A stretch of 64,000 nt of DNA from an uncultured bacterium (GTDB lineage: Bacteria > Verrucomicrobiota > Kiritimatiellia > PWTM01): positions 926,053-990,052 of the forward strand of contig CAVUUJ010000002.1 of the NCBI GenBank assembly GCA_963744655.1, written 5' to 3'. Under the pieces are notes generated by a model. It had not been told where the DNA came from. It saw only the letters and a list, made by a program, of their open reading frames with translations, and did no database searches. Position numbers and translations under genes: made by a program. This document shows positions 1 through 9,343 of the stretch, piece after piece; the stretch's first letter is position 1; each line of letters begins with the position of its first letter.

Positions 1-672
1 GCGATCGAGGCGCGGGGGGCGGACTTCCTGGTCCAGCTGGGCGACCTGAAGGACCGGGTGCCCGGGCCCGGCGCGGCGCCTCGGGCGCTCCGCGACCTGC
101 GGGCGGGCGCCGGCGCCCTCGCCGCGTTTCGCGGGCCTGTCGTGCACGTGCTGGGAAACCACGACCTGGCCTGCCTGTCGAAGGCCGAGGTCCTCCGCGT
201 CCTGCGCGGCGGCGGGCGCGGATACGTCCGCTTCGATTTCGGCGGTATCCGGTTCCTCGTGCTGGATGCCAACTTCACCCCCGGCGGCCAACCCTACCGG
301 CGGGGCCGCTTCGCCTGGAACGAGGCGTGGCTTCCGCCCCGGCAACTCGACTGGCTGCAGCGCGAGCTGGCCGCCGGCCCGGACCGGGCCGTGGTCTTCG
401 TGCACCAGCGGTTGGACCTCGACGGCAACCCGCACACGGTGCGCAATGCGCCCGCGGCGCGGCAGGTGATGGAACGCAGCGGCCGGGTTCTCGCGGTCTT
501 CCAGGGGCACGATCACGCGGGCGGCCGCCGCGCGCTCGGCGGCATCACCTACTACACCCTCCCGGCACTGGTCGAAAGCCGCGGCCAGCCCGTGTGTGCG
601 ATCGCGTCCATCCGGGGATCCCGCGTGAGCGTGACACGCGTCCGGCTTCACGCCGGCCGCCTGCCGGCGTGA
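1..672 (+). CDS. Calcineurin-like metallophosphoesterase (5'-truncated by window edge)
   Basis: Frame is open from base 1 (AIEARGADFLVQLGDLKD). Motifs GDLKD, GNHD, FVHQ and GHDH of the metallophosphoesterase fold are present. Confidence 0.85.
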   Translation, partial: AIEARGADFLVQLGDLKDRVPGPGAAPRALRDLRAGAGALAAFRGPVVHVLGNHDLACLSKAEVLRVLRGGGRGYVRFDFGGIRFLVLDANFTPGGQPYRRGRFAWNEAWLPPRQLDWLQRELAAGPDRAVVFVHQRLDLDGNPHTVRNAPAARQVMERSGRVLAVFQGHDHAGGRRALGGITYYTLPALVESRGQPVCAIASIRGSRVSVTRVRLHAGRLPA

Positions 673-834
673 TCCGTCGCCGCAGCCTCTCCCCTCCCCC
701 TGGCTGCGGACTCCGCACGCCGTCCCTCCTCCCCGGCCCCTTGCCACGAGCCCTTCCCCCCGAACCCGGCCCCCGGCCCCATGAGACCGGCCTCACAAAA
801 CCGACCGGAAGACATGGCTATATCTTGACTGCTG

Positions 835-874
835 GATAACGCATATCTTCACGATCGTGAAGATACGCGTTATC
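835..874. repeat. 40-bp near-perfect loopless palindrome GATAACGCATATCTTCACGATCGTGAAGATACGCGTTATC
   Basis: 20-bp arms centred on GATC (853-856), with a single mismatched pair (A843/C866). 17 of 40 bases are G/C, far below the surroundings. Intergenic. Confidence 0.95.
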
Positions 875-1044
875 GGTTGAAGCAGGAGGGTAGCTGGGGA
901 GTGCCGGGTTACCGGGGATGTCCCGGGGCGTTCGAGGTGCAGCGGGCACCGGGGGGACGGCCGCGCGGGACCGGCAGCGGTGGGTTACCGGCGGCCGCGG
1001 GGGAAAGGCGGCGGGTGCAGGCGGTGGCGCACGGCCGGGGGGTG

Positions 1045-1074
1045 TTGCGGGGGTGCAGGCCGGGGCACTATACT
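1045..1074 (+). promoter_or_regulatory. Putative sigma70 promoter of sulfatase gene
   Basis: TTGCGG (1045-1050), 18 bp spacer, TATACT (1069-1074). It lies upstream of a GGAGG RBS and the GTG at 1116. Confidence 0.45.
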
Positions 1075-1115
1075 CGCCGCCGCCGGATCGGGGAGCTTCC
1101 GGCAGGAGGCGATCC

Positions 1116-2513
1116 GTGCGCGACGCAGACGACCGGCCGAACATCATCCTGTTCAACTGCGACGACCTCGGGTACGGCGACGTCGGCTGCTACGGCTCGA
1201 GGGTGAACGACACCCCGCACCTCGACCGCATGGCCTCCGAGGGCATGCTTTTCACCGACTTCTACATGGCCTCCTCCATCTGCAGCCCCTCGCGCGGCGC
1301 CATGCTGACCGGCTGCTACCCGACACGCATAGGCTTCAGCGACTTCGACGGCGCGGGGGTGCTGTTCCCCGGCCAGCCCATCGGTCTCGACCCGGCGGAA
1401 ATCACCTTCGCGCGCGTGCTGAAGGATCGCGGCTACGCCACCCTGCACGTGGGCAAGTGGCACTGCGGCGACCAACCGGACTTCCTCCCGACCCGCCACG
1501 GCTTCGACCGCTACTTCGGCATCCCCTACAGCAACGACATGGGCAGGCAGCGCAGCCACGAGGACCGGCCGCCGCTTCCGCTGCTGGACGGCGAATCGGT
1601 CATCCAGCAGCAACCCGACCAGGCCAGCCTGACCGAGCGGTACGTCGAGCATTCCACGCGCTTTCTGCGCGAGCACCGCGACGAGCCGATCCTGCTCTAC
1701 TTCGCCGACCTGCACGTGCACCTCCCGCACTACGCGCCGGCGCACATGCTGCGCGCCTCGCGCAACGGCCGCTACGGCGCCTGCGTGGCGTGCATCGACT
1801 GGGCGGTGGGCGCCCTGCTCGCCGAGCTGCGACGCCTGGGCCTGGACCGCAACACGCTCGTGCTCTTCACCTCGGACAACGGCTCGCGCGGCGACCGGGG
1901 CGGCAGCAACGCGCCGCTGCGCGGCAAGAAAGGCACGACGTGGGAGGGCGGGCAGCGGCTGCCGCTTATTGCCTGGTGGCCCGGCCGCATTCCCGCGGGC
2001 GCGACCTGCGGCGAGATCGCCACCTCGATGGATTTCCTGCCGAGTTTCGCCCGGCTGGCCGGGACCCGGCCGCCGGCCGACCGCGTCCTTGACGGCCGCG
2101 ACATCACGCCGCTCTGGTTCGCCGAAAGCGGCGCCCGGTCGCCCCACGCGGCGTTCTTCTACTACGCCGGTTCACGCCTGGCGGCCGTCCGGTCCGGGCG
2201 CTGGAAACTCCACCTGGGGCGGCCGGCTGCTTCGGACCGCCCGGGCTCGCCCGCGGACATCGCGCGCGCGCTCTACGACCTGCAGACCGATACGGCGGAG
2301 ACCACCGACGTGGCGGCCCGGCACCCCGAGGCGGTGCGCGAGCTGGAGGGGCTGGCGGGGACCTGCCGCCGCGACCTGGGCGACAGCGGGCTGGGCATGG
2401 AAGGCGCGGGCTGCCGACCCATCGGACGGCTTCCGGAAGGCCGTCCGCTCACGGAGTACGATCCCTCGCATCCCTACATCCAGGCCCTGTACGACCTGCC
2501 GGACTCGGGGTGA
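1116..2513 (+). CDS. Cys-type (formylglycine-dependent) sulfatase, arylsulfatase A-like, no signal peptide
   Basis: RPNIILFNCDDLGYGD, CSPSRGAMLTG (CxPxR), GKWH, SDNG, LRGKKGTTWEGG. GTG start chosen after AGGAGG. Confidence 0.93.
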   Translation: MRDADDRPNIILFNCDDLGYGDVGCYGSRVNDTPHLDRMASEGMLFTDFYMASSICSPSRGAMLTGCYPTRIGFSDFDGAGVLFPGQPIGLDPAEITFARVLKDRGYATLHVGKWHCGDQPDFLPTRHGFDRYFGIPYSNDMGRQRSHEDRPPLPLLDGESVIQQQPDQASLTERYVEHSTRFLREHRDEPILLYFADLHVHLPHYAPAHMLRASRNGRYGACVACIDWAVGALLAELRRLGLDRNTLVLFTSDNGSRGDRGGSNAPLRGKKGTTWEGGQRLPLIAWWPGRIPAGATCGEIATSMDFLPSFARLAGTRPPADRVLDGRDITPLWFAESGARSPHAAFFYYAGSRLAAVRSGRWKLHLGRPAASDRPGSPADIARALYDLQTDTAETTDVAARHPEAVRELEGLAGTCRRDLGDSGLGMEGAGCRPIGRLPEGRPLTEYDPSHPYIQALYDLPDSG

Positions 2514-2535
2514 TGCGCGGCGCCGCCCGGCCGCG

Positions 2536-3831
2536 CTATTCGGCCTCGGGCGGGATACCCATGCGGCGCATGAGGAGGCTGTAGTTCGGGAGTTTCTTCA
2601 GCGCCGTGTCGAGCAACGGCTCGGCGTCCACCCACTTCCGCATGCTTTCGGCATGCACGAGAGCCACCTCGTCGACAAGCGGTTTCGCCAGGAGGGGCTC
2701 ACCGGCCATCGCGTACGTGCATCCGAGCAGGAACCTGCCGAGCACGTTGTCCGGCGACAACTCGTTCGCCTTCTCCATCGCGACCACGGCGCGGGGGTAC
2801 TCCCCCATCCGCAAGAGCGCATGACCCAGGCTCAGCCATGCCTCCGCCCACGAGGGAAAGCGCCGGGGCAGCGCCTGCCACCGCTCCATGGCTTCCCCGG
2901 TCCGGCCGCTCTGGTACGCCAGTTCCGCGCGCGCCAGGTCGATGCCCGCCCCGAACACCCCGGCCTCCTGCACCTCGGCCAGGGCCCGGTCCATGGCATC
3001 GCGATCGGGCACGGCCTGCGCCTCCCGGTAGGCGCGGAAGGTCTCCCCGATCTGGTCGAGGCGGGCATAGGTTCCGGGCCCCAGCACGGTTTCGCAAAGC
3101 AGGCGGAGATCCTCCTGCCCCATCACCCGCTCGAGGCTTTCGCGGTCAGAGCGCAGCCAGACGGACACGAGTTCGATTTCCTCGAGCGCGCAGCGCTTCC
3201 AGTAGTCTTTCGGCAGGTTCCTGCGCTCCCTGACCAGGTCCAGACACGCCCGGTTGAAGCGCGTGGGCATGTAGTCCGGGTTCACCTCCTCCGCGCGCCG
3301 GAGGACCTCCTCCATCTCGTCCAGGCGCGTCAGGCGCAGCAGCACGGCGGCGTAGCCGGCCAGGTGAAAGACGTCCTCGGGCCGCTGCTCGAGGAAACGC
3401 CGGTAGTAGTAGGCGGAGCGGCTGAACTCCTGCCGGCTGGCGGTAAGGACGGCCGCCCGGCTGAGCAACTGGGGCTGGTTGGGGTCGTAGGCCAGCCCGT
3501 CGCGCAGTTCGAGGAGGGCCTTGGGAAGGTCGTTCGCTCGCAGGTAGTTCTCCGCCCGCTTCAGGTGTTGGGCGGCCAGCTGCTGCTCGGTCAGGGTGCG
3601 CGGGCGCTCGTTGACGCTGTACGGGTTGTCGCCCCTGCGGACGAGACGCTGTCTCACCTCGTCGAACGAAGGGATACCCGACCGGAACGACGGCGCCCCG
3701 GACGTCGGCGCAAGGTCGTCCACGGCCATGCCGTTGAGATAGAACACCTCGCCGCGCGCCGCGGAGGCCCACAGGAAGGCGGCGGCCATCCGGGCGGCGG
3801 CGCCGGCACGGGCTCTCGTCAGGCTGCGCAT
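2536..3831 (-). CDS. Secreted tetratricopeptide-repeat protein
   Basis: N-terminal signal-like segment ending AARG. TPR-like helices (WAEAWLSLGHALLRMGEYPRAVVAMEKANELSPDN). Confidence 0.75.
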   Translation of the reverse strand: MRSLTRARAGAAARMAAAFLWASAARGEVFYLNGMAVDDLAPTSGAPSFRSGIPSFDEVRQRLVRRGDNPYSVNERPRTLTEQQLAAQHLKRAENYLRANDLPKALLELRDGLAYDPNQPQLLSRAAVLTASRQEFSRSAYYYRRFLEQRPEDVFHLAGYAAVLLRLTRLDEMEEVLRRAEEVNPDYMPTRFNRACLDLVRERRNLPKDYWKRCALEEIELVSVWLRSDRESLERVMGQEDLRLLCETVLGPGTYARLDQIGETFRAYREAQAVPDRDAMDRALAEVQEAGVFGAGIDLARAELAYQSGRTGEAMERWQALPRRFPSWAEAWLSLGHALLRMGEYPRAVVAMEKANELSPDNVLGRFLLGCTYAMAGEPLLAKPLVDEVALVHAESMRKWVDAEPLLDTALKKLPNYSLLMRRMGIPPEAE

Positions 3832-4562
3832 GCCCTATTCCATAGCTGCTGGAGGTCCGTCCTGTCGAGCGAACGCAGCACGACCGCGGCCCCGGCCAGG
3901 GCGTCGCGCCCGCACGTCGTCGCGACGGCGGCGACGCGCAGTCCCGCACCCCGCGCGGCCTCGATACCCGCGGCCGTGTCCTCGATGGCGAGCGAGCGGG
4001 CCGCGCGGATCGTCCGACCGGCGTGGTGCGTCCTCAGCCGGTCGATCGCCAGGCGGTAGCACGCGGGATCCGGCTTGCTCGCCGGCACGTCGGCTGCGGT
4101 CACGATGACTTCGAACGCGCCGGCCAGCGCGGTGGCTTCGAGGATCGGGCCGATATCGCCCGGCAAGGCCCCGCTGCAGAGTCCGCAGGGCACGCCCCGC
4201 CCGCCGATCTCGGCGAGCAGTTCCGCCACGCCCGGATACGGACGCAGGCCGCTCTCGCGCGCGGCGCGCGCGAACGCTTCGGCCTTGGCGGCGAGGAACC
4301 GGCCGACCTCCTCCCCGCCGGCCGTGCGGCCCGCCCGGCGCAGGGCCCCGGCGAACACGCCGCGGTCGTCGAATCCGACGTACGTGTCGAGGTACTCCTC
4401 CCACGAGACGGGGATACCCATCGGGGCGAAGACCTCGGCGAAGGCGCGGAAGTGCAACGGCTCGGTGTCGACGATCACGCCGTCGAAATCGAACAGCACC
4501 GCGTCGGGCAGGCGGGCTGCCCCGCCGCGTGCCGCCGCGCCCGCCTGGTCCCGGCTCCTCAC
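3819..4562 (-). CDS. HAD-family phosphatase (beta-PGM/CbbY-like)
   Basis: Motif I FDFDGVIVDT, motif III KPDPACY, motif IV IEDTAAG. Confidence 0.9.
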   Translation of the reverse strand: MRSRDQAGAAARGGAARLPDAVLFDFDGVIVDTEPLHFRAFAEVFAPMGIPVSWEEYLDTYVGFDDRGVFAGALRRAGRTAGGEEVGRFLAAKAEAFARAARESGLRPYPGVAELLAEIGGRGVPCGLCSGALPGDIGPILEATALAGAFEVIVTAADVPASKPDPACYRLAIDRLRTHHAGRTIRAARSLAIEDTAAGIEAARGAGLRVAAVATTCGRDALAGAAVVLRSLDRTDLQQLWNRACAA

Positions 4563-4660
4563 AGGCCCCGGAGCCTACGGCCCGGCGCCGCGCGCCGCAA
4601 GCCCCGCCCGTCCCGCCGGCGCGGCCGGGCGTTGCCCCGCCGCGCGCCGCGCGGCCCCTT

Positions 4661-5263
4661 TCAGAACCCGTTTTCGACCAGCACGTCGGACGGTTCCAGC
4701 GGACCGCTGCGCGGCTGGGCGGGCGCGGTGGCCTTTCCGATGGCCACGAACAGGGCGACCACGTGATCGTCGGGGAGGCGGAGGAGCTTGCCGACCGCGT
4801 CGAAGTCGAAGCCGTCCATCGGGCACGAGTCGTAGCCCATGGCCTTCGCCGCCAGCATCAGCGTCTGCGCCGCGATGCCGCAGGAGCGCATCGCCTCATC
4901 GCGCTGGACCTGTTCCCGTCCCCGGTAGTAGCGGTCGATCGCGGGCAGCAGGAAGTCCTGCACCGGCTGCGGCGCCAACCGCCAGTAGCGGGCGGGGTCC
5001 TTCTCCCAGGCCTTCAGGTCGGCGCAGAGCACGACGAGCAGCGAGGCCTCGGTCACCTGCGCCTGGTCCCACGCCACCGCCCGGATGCGGGCGCGCAGCC
5101 CGGGATCCCGCGCGATCACGAACCGCGCGTTCTGGATGTTGAAGGCCGTAGGGGCGAGCCGTGCCGCGTCGAAGAGCCGGCGCTCCTCGTCCTCCGTGAA
5201 CCGGTGTTGCGGGTCGAAATGCTTCACCGCGCGCCGCGCGCCGATCGCTTCGAATACGTCCAT
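4661..5263 (-). CDS. Nitroreductase family protein
   Basis: RRAVKHFD, APTAFNIQ, GYDSCPMDGFD. ATG at 5263 follows AGGAGAGG. A TATAGT -10-like element lies at 5303-5308 on the minus strand. Confidence 0.9.
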   Translation of the reverse strand: MDVFEAIGARRAVKHFDPQHRFTEDEERRLFDAARLAPTAFNIQNARFVIARDPGLRARIRAVAWDQAQVTEASLLVVLCADLKAWEKDPARYWRLAPQPVQDFLLPAIDRYYRGREQVQRDEAMRSCGIAAQTLMLAAKAMGYDSCPMDGFDFDAVGKLLRLPDDHVVALFVAIGKATAPAQPRSGPLEPSDVLVENGF

Positions 5264-5395
5264 GGTTCCTCTCCTTTCCCGCCCGGACCCGTCCGGGGTC
5301 CCACTATACCCCCGCGCGCGGCCCACTGCATCCCGCCGGGGCGGCGAAGCGCCCGCGCCGGGGGCGAAGCCAGGGGGGGGCGGCGGCAGGCAAGG

Positions 5396-6784
5396 CTAGG
5401 GCGGCGGCGCGTGCCCGCAGCGGCGCGCCACCTTGCGGACATAGCCCTCGATGTCGCACTTGCGCTCGAGGCCGGACGCGGCCATGTAGCGCACGGTGCC
5501 GAAGACGGGCCGGCGGGCCCAGGGCCGGTCGTGCAGGCCGAAGACCCAGCCCACGCCGGCATAGGAGCTCGGGTCCCTCCCGTCGAGGAAGTACCGGTTG
5601 TTCATCTCGAGCGCGGTCGCGAACGCCTCCTCGGGGGAGTCGCTCCACTCGAGGATCTTCTTGCCCCAGTACATGCGCATGTAGTTGTGCATGTAGCCCG
5701 TCTCGCGCATCTCCTCCATCGCCGCGTTCCAGTACCGGTCGTGCGTATCGCCCGCATCCAACCGCGCCGGCCCGTAGCGGTGCGGGCGCGGGTCGGCGGC
5801 GTGCCGCCCGAGCGTCCCGCGCGCCCAGTCCGGCAGCGCCGCGTACCGGTCGTAGTCCGCGTGGTAGTGCGCGAAGTTGTTCGCCAGCTCGCGGCGCACG
5901 CACAGCTCCTCGAGCAGGGCCTCGCGCGGCGCGGCGGGTCCGCCGGCTTCCCGCACGCGGCAGGCGAACTCGACGGGCGAAAGGTGCCCGAAGTGCAGGT
6001 ACATCGCCATGCCCGACACGTCGTCGGTTTCCGGCCGGTTGCGGTGGGCCGCGTAGCGGGACAGCCCCCCGGCGAGGAACCGGCGCAGCCGCCGTCGGGC
6101 TTCCTCCTGCCCGCCCCGGAACCAGGCCCCTACGGGTCCGACCGACCGGTCCACGCGGAGCCGTCCGAGCACGGTCCCGAGCTCGACCCGCGGGGCGCCG
6201 GGCAGGGTGGGCGCGGCCGGCAGGGGGCGGCGGAGCGCGGGTGCGCGCCGCCGCACGAGGAACCGGTCCAGGTGGCGGAGCACCCTGGGGCGGATCGTGC
6301 GCGCGGCGTATTCCGCCTTCCCCGACACGGTCTCGACAGGCACCACCGCGTCGGCCTCCACCTCCACGACACGGCAGCGCGCGCGCGCGGCCACGCGGCG
6401 CCGCCACGCGCGCTGGTGGCGCAGGTAGCCGCGGTCGCAGACGACGAGCGAGGCGTCTTCGGCCAGGCGCAGGGCGGCGTCGGGCGGCGGCTCGCGCAAC
6501 ACGACGAAGGGGATGCGGCGCGCGGCGAGCGCGGCTTCGACGTCGCGCAGCCCGTCCACCAGGAAGGCGAAGTGGCGGAGGTTCGCCTCCGGGTAGCCCT
6601 CGTCGAGGCCGAAGACGACGCAGACCCCCTGCCGCAGCCGGTTCGCGTGCCGCACGGCGACATCCAGCGCGTCGTTGACCCGCGTGCGCTGCGCCTGCTG
6701 CATCCAGTACGCCACGTAGCGTCCGCCCGGGCGCTCGCCGAGCCCGTTCAGGTTGCGGATGCGCTCTTCCTCGATGTCGGGCAT
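5396..6784 (-). CDS. phrB: Class II CPD (deoxyribodipyrimidine) photolyase
   Basis: YWMQQAQR, RRELANNF, GYMHNYMRMYWGKKILEWS, LDGRDPSSYAGVGWVFGLHDRPW: the class II photolyase C-terminal signature. Confidence 0.92.
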   Translation of the reverse strand: MPDIEEERIRNLNGLGERPGGRYVAYWMQQAQRTRVNDALDVAVRHANRLRQGVCVVFGLDEGYPEANLRHFAFLVDGLRDVEAALAARRIPFVVLREPPPDAALRLAEDASLVVCDRGYLRHQRAWRRRVAARARCRVVEVEADAVVPVETVSGKAEYAARTIRPRVLRHLDRFLVRRRAPALRRPLPAAPTLPGAPRVELGTVLGRLRVDRSVGPVGAWFRGGQEEARRRLRRFLAGGLSRYAAHRNRPETDDVSGMAMYLHFGHLSPVEFACRVREAGGPAAPREALLEELCVRRELANNFAHYHADYDRYAALPDWARGTLGRHAADPRPHRYGPARLDAGDTHDRYWNAAMEEMRETGYMHNYMRMYWGKKILEWSDSPEEAFATALEMNNRYFLDGRDPSSYAGVGWVFGLHDRPWARRPVFGTVRYMAASGLERKCDIEGYVRKVARRCGHAPPP

Positions 6785-6830
6785 GGCCCGGTCCCCCCGT
6801 CGGACGGCGGCGCGGCGCCCGGGCGCGCGG

Positions 6831-7289
6831 CTACTCGCCGACGATGATGTCGGCATACAGGCTCACGAAATCCTGCGCCGGGTTGCACACGTCGATGCTG
6901 CCGGCGAAGCGGCCCGCGCGGACGGGGCGCAGCCGGTAGGTCACGGTCCGCTCCCCGCCGGGCGCTACAGGGAATCCAAACGCCCAGGTGCGCTGCTCCA
7001 GCAGCGGCACGTGGCGGGTGGAACGCGCGTGCGGATCGACGCCGAGAACCTGGAAGCCCTCCAGGAACGCGTCGTCGATGTCGATGCTGTCCAGCGTCAC
7101 CGGGCCCCGGTTCGGGTTCACGGCGACGACCGCCAGGTCGAAGGGCTCGCCGGACACCACGGTCGGGGGCGCGGCGAGCCGGGCCTCCAGCCGGGGCTCC
7201 TCCCGGAGGAAGACGTACCAGACGCACGCCCCGAGGAGGAGGACCGCCGCCAGCAGCAGGGCCAGACAACCTAACGCGAACGCTTTCAC
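6831..7289 (-). CDS. Hypothetical single-pass membrane protein with beta-rich (Ig-like) soluble domain
   Basis: GTG at 7289 follows AGGAGG. Hydrophobic N-terminus (KAFALGCLALLLAAVLLLGACVWYVF) followed by alternating beta-strand pattern. Confidence 0.65.
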   Translation of the reverse strand: MKAFALGCLALLLAAVLLLGACVWYVFLREEPRLEARLAAPPTVVSGEPFDLAVVAVNPNRGPVTLDSIDIDDAFLEGFQVLGVDPHARSTRHVPLLEQRTWAFGFPVAPGGERTVTYRLRPVRAGRFAGSIDVCNPAQDFVSLYADIIVGE

Positions 7290-7447
7290 ACCGCCTCCTG
7301 CCGCGAACACGCCGGCGCGGCACGGCCAGTAGACCGCACGGCGGGGCGGCGGGCAAGGCCGTTCCGGGCGCCTTTCGCTTGCGCGCCCGCCCCGCTCCGC
7401 CCTACGATGGGGGGGCTTTCTCACGCACGCAAAGGGCGAGGTCACGA

Positions 7448-9337
7448 ATGCGCTCGAGGGCCATCTTGCCGGTCTTGTTCGCCGCCGCCTTGCTGGCGCC
7501 GGCCGGCTGCGGCCGGCCGGGCGAGCGCGAACTGCAGGCGGGACAGCGCGCGCTGCAGCGCGGCCAGCACGTGCGCGCGAAGACGTACCTGGAGCGGGCC
7601 CTGACCCGTCCCCTCGGCCGCGCGGAGAGCGCCCGGGCCCGCAACCTCCTCGGCCTGGCCTGCTGGCATCTCGGCGAGGCCGGGCAGGCCGCGGAGGCGT
7701 TCAAGGAGAGCCAGCGGCAGGACCCCGACCTGCTCGACCCCATCTACAACCTCGGCGTCACGCTCTACCGGCAGGGCGACGCGCTGCGCGCATCGGCCCT
7801 GTTCGAGGAAGCGGCCCTGGCGGCCCCCGCCGACCCGCGGCCGCTGGAGTTCCTGGGGGCCATCCTGGCGGAGCAAGGCCAGTGGGCGGCCGCGCGCGGC
7901 GTCCTGGAAGACGCCGTCCGGCGGGCCCCCGAGTCCGCCCGCGCCGCGACCGCGCTCGCGGCGGCCGAGTTGCACACCCGCGGGGCCCCGGCCGCGGTAC
8001 TGCGCCTGATGCGCGCCCTCGAGAAGGACGCCGGCTACGCGCCCGCGCTCTACAACCTCTTCGCCATCCACGACCGCTGGATGAACGACCCGCTGCAGGC
8101 GCGGCCGTACGGCGAGCGGTTTCTCGAGGCGGCCGGCCGGTCCGTGCGGGCGGACGAGGTCAGCGCCCGGCTGCGGGCGGCCGCCGTGGGGTCCGGCGGC
8201 GCCGAAACCGCGGTGCGCCGCCCGGCATCCGGCCCCGCCGCGCCCCCGGCTCCTCCGCCCGAGCCGCCGAGGGACACGCCCGAACGCCTCCTCGAGCAGG
8301 CCCGGGCGCGCGGCCGCCAGGGGGTGCCGGAGGCGGCGCTCGCCCTCTGCCTGCGCGCGGCCCGCCTGGCGGCCTCCGGGGGGGACGCGGCCGCCCGCGA
8401 GCGCGCCTTCCAGGAAGCGCGGCGCGTGGCGCCCGCGCTGCCCGCCGCCGCCCTTGCCTTCGGCGCCTACCGCGCCGGGCAGGACCGCTGGCCCGAAGCG
8501 CTCGACGCCTTCAAGGACGCGGTGCGCCTGGCGCCCGACGACCCGGAGGCCCTGCGCCGCCTGGCGGAGGCGGCGCAGCGCGCGGGCGAACACGACACGG
8601 CGCTCGTCGCGCTCAGGCGCCTCACGCGGCAGGCGCCCGGCGACGCGGAGGCGTGGTGGTCCCTGGCCCGGCTGTACGACGAGACGCTCGACCTGCCCGC
8701 GGAGGCCGCCGCGGTGTACCGCACCTTCACGGAACGTTTCGCGGTCGATACGCGCGCCGCCGACGCGAGGGAACGGCTCGCCGGCCTGGCGCCGGAGGGC
8801 GGCGCGCCGGACGACGCGTCCGCTTCGCCCCCCGCCCGCGAGGTGATCTGGAGCGGCGAGTCCCGCCGCGACCGGCAGGCGGCCATCGAGGCATTCAACC
8901 GCGGAACCGATCACCAGCAGCGGGGCGACCTCGACCGCGCCATCTACTTCTACAAGCGTGCCGTCGAACTCGACAACCGCTTCGCCACGGCGCTGTTCAA
9001 CCTGGCCACGGTGTACCGCGACCGGGGCGAGCTCGACCTGGCGCGGTCCGCCTACGCAAAGGTGCTGGAGATGAACCCCGGCAGCACGGAGGCCCGCTAC
9101 AACCTGGCCATCCTGCTCCACGGCGCCGGCGACCGGGAGGGCGCCGTCGCGCAGCTGCGCGAGGCGCTGGGGCGCGCACCGGAGTACGCGCCCGCCCACT
9201 ACCTCCTGGGCCTGGTGTACGCCGAGGACGAGGGGACGCGGCAGCGGGCCAGGCCGTCCTTCGAGCGGTTTGTCGGCCTGGCGCCCTCGGACCCGCTGGC
9301 CGGATCGGTGCGCGCCTGGCTGCGCGAGAACCCCTGA
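7448..9337 (+). CDS. TPR-repeat lipoprotein
   Basis: Lipoprotein-like signal MRSRAILPVLFAAALLAPAG-C. Many TPRs (IYNLGVTLYRQG, ALFNLATVYRDRG, ARYNLAILL) in three blocks separated by Pro/Ala linkers. Confidence 0.85.
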   Translation: MRSRAILPVLFAAALLAPAGCGRPGERELQAGQRALQRGQHVRAKTYLERALTRPLGRAESARARNLLGLACWHLGEAGQAAEAFKESQRQDPDLLDPIYNLGVTLYRQGDALRASALFEEAALAAPADPRPLEFLGAILAEQGQWAAARGVLEDAVRRAPESARAATALAAAELHTRGAPAAVLRLMRALEKDAGYAPALYNLFAIHDRWMNDPLQARPYGERFLEAAGRSVRADEVSARLRAAAVGSGGAETAVRRPASGPAAPPAPPPEPPRDTPERLLEQARARGRQGVPEAALALCLRAARLAASGGDAAARERAFQEARRVAPALPAAALAFGAYRAGQDRWPEALDAFKDAVRLAPDDPEALRRLAEAAQRAGEHDTALVALRRLTRQAPGDAEAWWSLARLYDETLDLPAEAAAVYRTFTERFAVDTRAADARERLAGLAPEGGAPDDASASPPAREVIWSGESRRDRQAAIEAFNRGTDHQQRGDLDRAIYFYKRAVELDNRFATALFNLATVYRDRGELDLARSAYAKVLEMNPGSTEARYNLAILLHGAGDREGAVAQLREALGRAPEYAPAHYLLGLVYAEDEGTRQRARPSFERFVGLAPSDPLAGSVRAWLRENP

Positions 9338-9343
9338 CGCCGT

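Noticed and set aside
829-874. Palindrome as a dif or parS site
   Set aside because: There is no XerD arm (TTATGTTAA-like) and the flanking G/C polarity is opposite to dif. The TTCAC/GTGAA half-sites are separated by GATC, unlike the contiguous 16-bp parS consensus.
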